A DNA stretch of 64,000 nucleotides from Podarcis gaigeae (lineage: Eukaryota): assembly GCA_964106915.2 (NCBI GenBank), contig OZ066915.1, one strand, 5' to 3'. Of the stretch, positions 61,478-64,000 are shown piece after piece (position 1 is the stretch's first letter; every line of letters begins with the position of its first letter). Under the pieces are notes generated by a model that searched no databases, was not told the origin of the DNA, and was given only the letters and a program-made list of their open reading frames with translations. A program made the position numbers and the translations under genes.

Positions 61478-62219
61478 CCCATGTCGTTTCCTGTGGAGCA
61501 AAACTACCTGTTAAGAAAAACACAGGCCTGCCGCCAAAACTAGAAGTTGCATGCTGACCCATAGAATTGTAGAGCTGGAAGGAGCCCAATGATCATCTAG
61601 TGCAGGGATGTCCAACTGGTTGGCCGTGATCGACAGGTCAATCTCCTTATGCTAGCGATCAGTCGGGGGCTCATTTTCCTCTGTTGGGTAAAAAGAGCAT
61701 CCAGCCCTGCCCCCTTGCTCTGCCCTTACAACAAATAATTAAATGCATACACACTGTGATATATATTAGAGGATTCCACTTGTCTTTAAAATTTTCTCTT
61801 GTCTATCTTGTCTCAGTCTAATGAATTCTGTAAATTTATACGTCATTTCTAGCTTCCAATTTTTTTTGCTAACCATTCTTTCACTGTTGGTGGTGACCTA
61901 CTTTTTTATTTTATTTTCAGTAACTGCAATAGGTGGACTCAAAACAAGAATAATCAATTGGGCCAAGTTAGTGAACAATTAAAGGGATAGGAAAGCATAA
62001 TGGATCAGTTTGATTTGCAGGTTAAGATTATACATGCATCATTTGCTAGTCTTCATATGCTGTGGGCTTTATGTGTGTATTTTATCATTTTAATATAAAA
62101 CAGCCTTGCTTTATCAGCTTAGTTTTCACTGAGTTGGTGAATTAGGCTCTGTGCTGAATTGTGTTGAATCGAAGGTGAGTGCTCACATGGCCGAGAAACA
62201 GGTTTACCACCTAAGATGG

Positions 62220-62256
<37 letters not shown>

Positions 62257-62536
62257 ACGTAAAAGTTATACACCATAAACATAAGTTTAACACATGTTTT
62301 TTTAAAGGTTCTTTCGAATCTTGAGACCTCCTTCCTTCCCTGCATGAGTTCCAATTCTAAATGTTATTCCTGCATATTTTCTGTAATCTATCTGTTATAT
62401 AAAAATAGTATCCCAAATCCATGTTACATTACAAGTGCGAATGCATTCTTGCCAATGATTTCAGCTGTTTACAGTGATCTCTCAAATATGTTAGAAAGTT
62501 ATTCCAGTCTTTTTAAAATACTTGGTCTTCCTGATT
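62220..62536 (-). mobile_element. L1-clade 3' fragment with (TAGA)n tail
   Basis: Translates NQEDQVF*KDWNNFLTYLRDHCKQL, similar to DQGEESVEKDWNKFKDYLQKHCKI at the end of the 15866-17389 element; 9-bp TSD ctaagatgg at 62211-62219 and 62537-62545. Confidence 0.75.
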
Positions 62537-64000
62537 CTAAGATGGTAATCCTAACCCCATTTCACTGAGAGCAAGTCCTACTGAATTCAAGAGGACTTGC
62601 TTCTGAGTAGGCATGGTTAGGACTGCAGCTTAGGTAGAAGCATAGAATTAGTTGGAAGTTGGAAGAGACCCCAGGGGTCATCTGGTCTATCCCCCTGCAA
62701 TGCAGGTAAGAAGCAGATCTTGGTCAGTTTGGTTCGATGTTTGTTTGTTACTGTTGTTTATTAAAGAATCTAAGGAGCTCAAGGTGGTCTACATGGTTCT
62801 CCTCCCCACTTCCTCCTCCCAACAACCCTGTGAGGTGGCTTAGGCTGAGACATGGTGACCATACCCAGTGAGCCTCATATGGCTCAGTGGGGATTTGAAC
62901 CTTGATCTCCCAGGTCACAGTTCAACACTAACCATTGCGCCATACGGCTCTCTTGAGCCACTCTTCTCCTTCAATGCCATGATGGCAAACCACAGGTTAG
63001 GATAGCATGGCAAAGAAAAAGGTAGTCTAATTTCTGCCTCTCCAGTATTGAGCTAGACTTGCCATTTGTATCCAGGGTGCCTTTTGCCTTCTGCAGTGGA
63101 TGTATGCTCTTCCCCCTCTTAAAGCATCACACAACACCTGCACACCTGTTTAAATCATCTCCCACGCAGATGCAGAATTGCTTCAGGCTCCTTCAAGCTG
63201 AAGTCTTTCTTTGCGTGTCTTGTACACCAACTCTCTCCCACTTGCTCTGCAGCAAAGACCTGGCTTGCATTTCACAAACTGGGGACCAGCTGGCCTTTTA
63301 TTGCTTTCTTGAAAGGGCAGGTTGGTGCCCCGGCTGGCCAAGGGAATAGCAATTGCGCATAAAGAGCCACTTAGCCAATTCCCAGGCTGGCACTCCAAAG
63401 CAGAGAGATCTGTGCTGCAGGCTAGGCTGGGACAACAAGTAAGAGTCAAAAGAGAGGGAGATGACAAAGCCATCTGCTTTCTTCTTGCTTCTCAATGGTC
63501 TCGTCATTCCTTGCGGAGGCTAAGGAGTCAGCGCTCTCCTCTTTAACAAAATGCATCCCAGAGGGGGGATTATTTTGCTTTGCACAGGCCTTGCCTCCTT
63601 AAAATAAAAATGCCATTGCTGGCTGTTCTCCCACAGGAAAGGATTTACACGACCCACAGATGCCTAGGGAAGGGTTTCCAATGGCAAAGATGCTCAGATA
63701 CGCTCAGTGGCGCTGCTCAGCACCACCAGTGCAATGCACTGTGCATGGGAGGTGGGGAGTAGGATTCAGGTGCTCCTGGGCATGTGGAGGGGAGTTTGCC
63801 TAGGTCCTCTCAGCTATCTGTGCCTCCCCAGCAGTCTCCTCAAGCACAAACAAAGGGGAATGGTTTCAGTGGGATTTCACTCCAGCCGGCTGAGTTCCTA
63901 CACTAGGAATCTGTTTGCTCTTATGGGCTTTGCTGCGGTGTTCTATTACCATGGCAACGGCCTGAGAGACTCAAGTTACTGAGCAGAGATGGACACATGT

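Overview
Vertebrate genomic DNA, most likely a squamate (lacertid-type lizard), judged from Sauria SINEs with (ACCTTT)n tails, BovB/RTE, L1, L2 and CR1 fragments and abundant hAT and TcMar MITEs. Two convergent cAMP/Ca2+-signalling genes can be reconstructed with GT-AG junctions and consistent phases. PPP1R1A (protein phosphatase inhibitor-1) lies on +: exons 2-6 at 11684-31932 plus an uncertain last coding exon; exon 1 with the KIQF motif was not found and is probably upstream of the window. PDE1B (Ca2+/calmodulin-dependent PDE) lies on -: 13 coding exons at 60683-43930, 501 codons plus stop, with the N-terminal exon(s) outside the window or unresolved, a 3'UTR intron and a probable ~3.7 kb terminal exon. 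The rest is intronic or intergenic DNA with TEs, microsatellites and one 133-N gap. Nearly all other ORF-track entries are spurious. I found no convincing new biological system. The best leads are: a 552-bp local duplication in which one copy shows quasi-palindrome arm homogenisation; an in-frame candidate extra PDE1B exon beside the calmodulin-binding exon; an in-phase alternative PDE1B C-terminus; a Cys/His-rich lizard inhibitor-1 tail; closely opposed polyA signals of the two genes; and OC1-like hAT elements.
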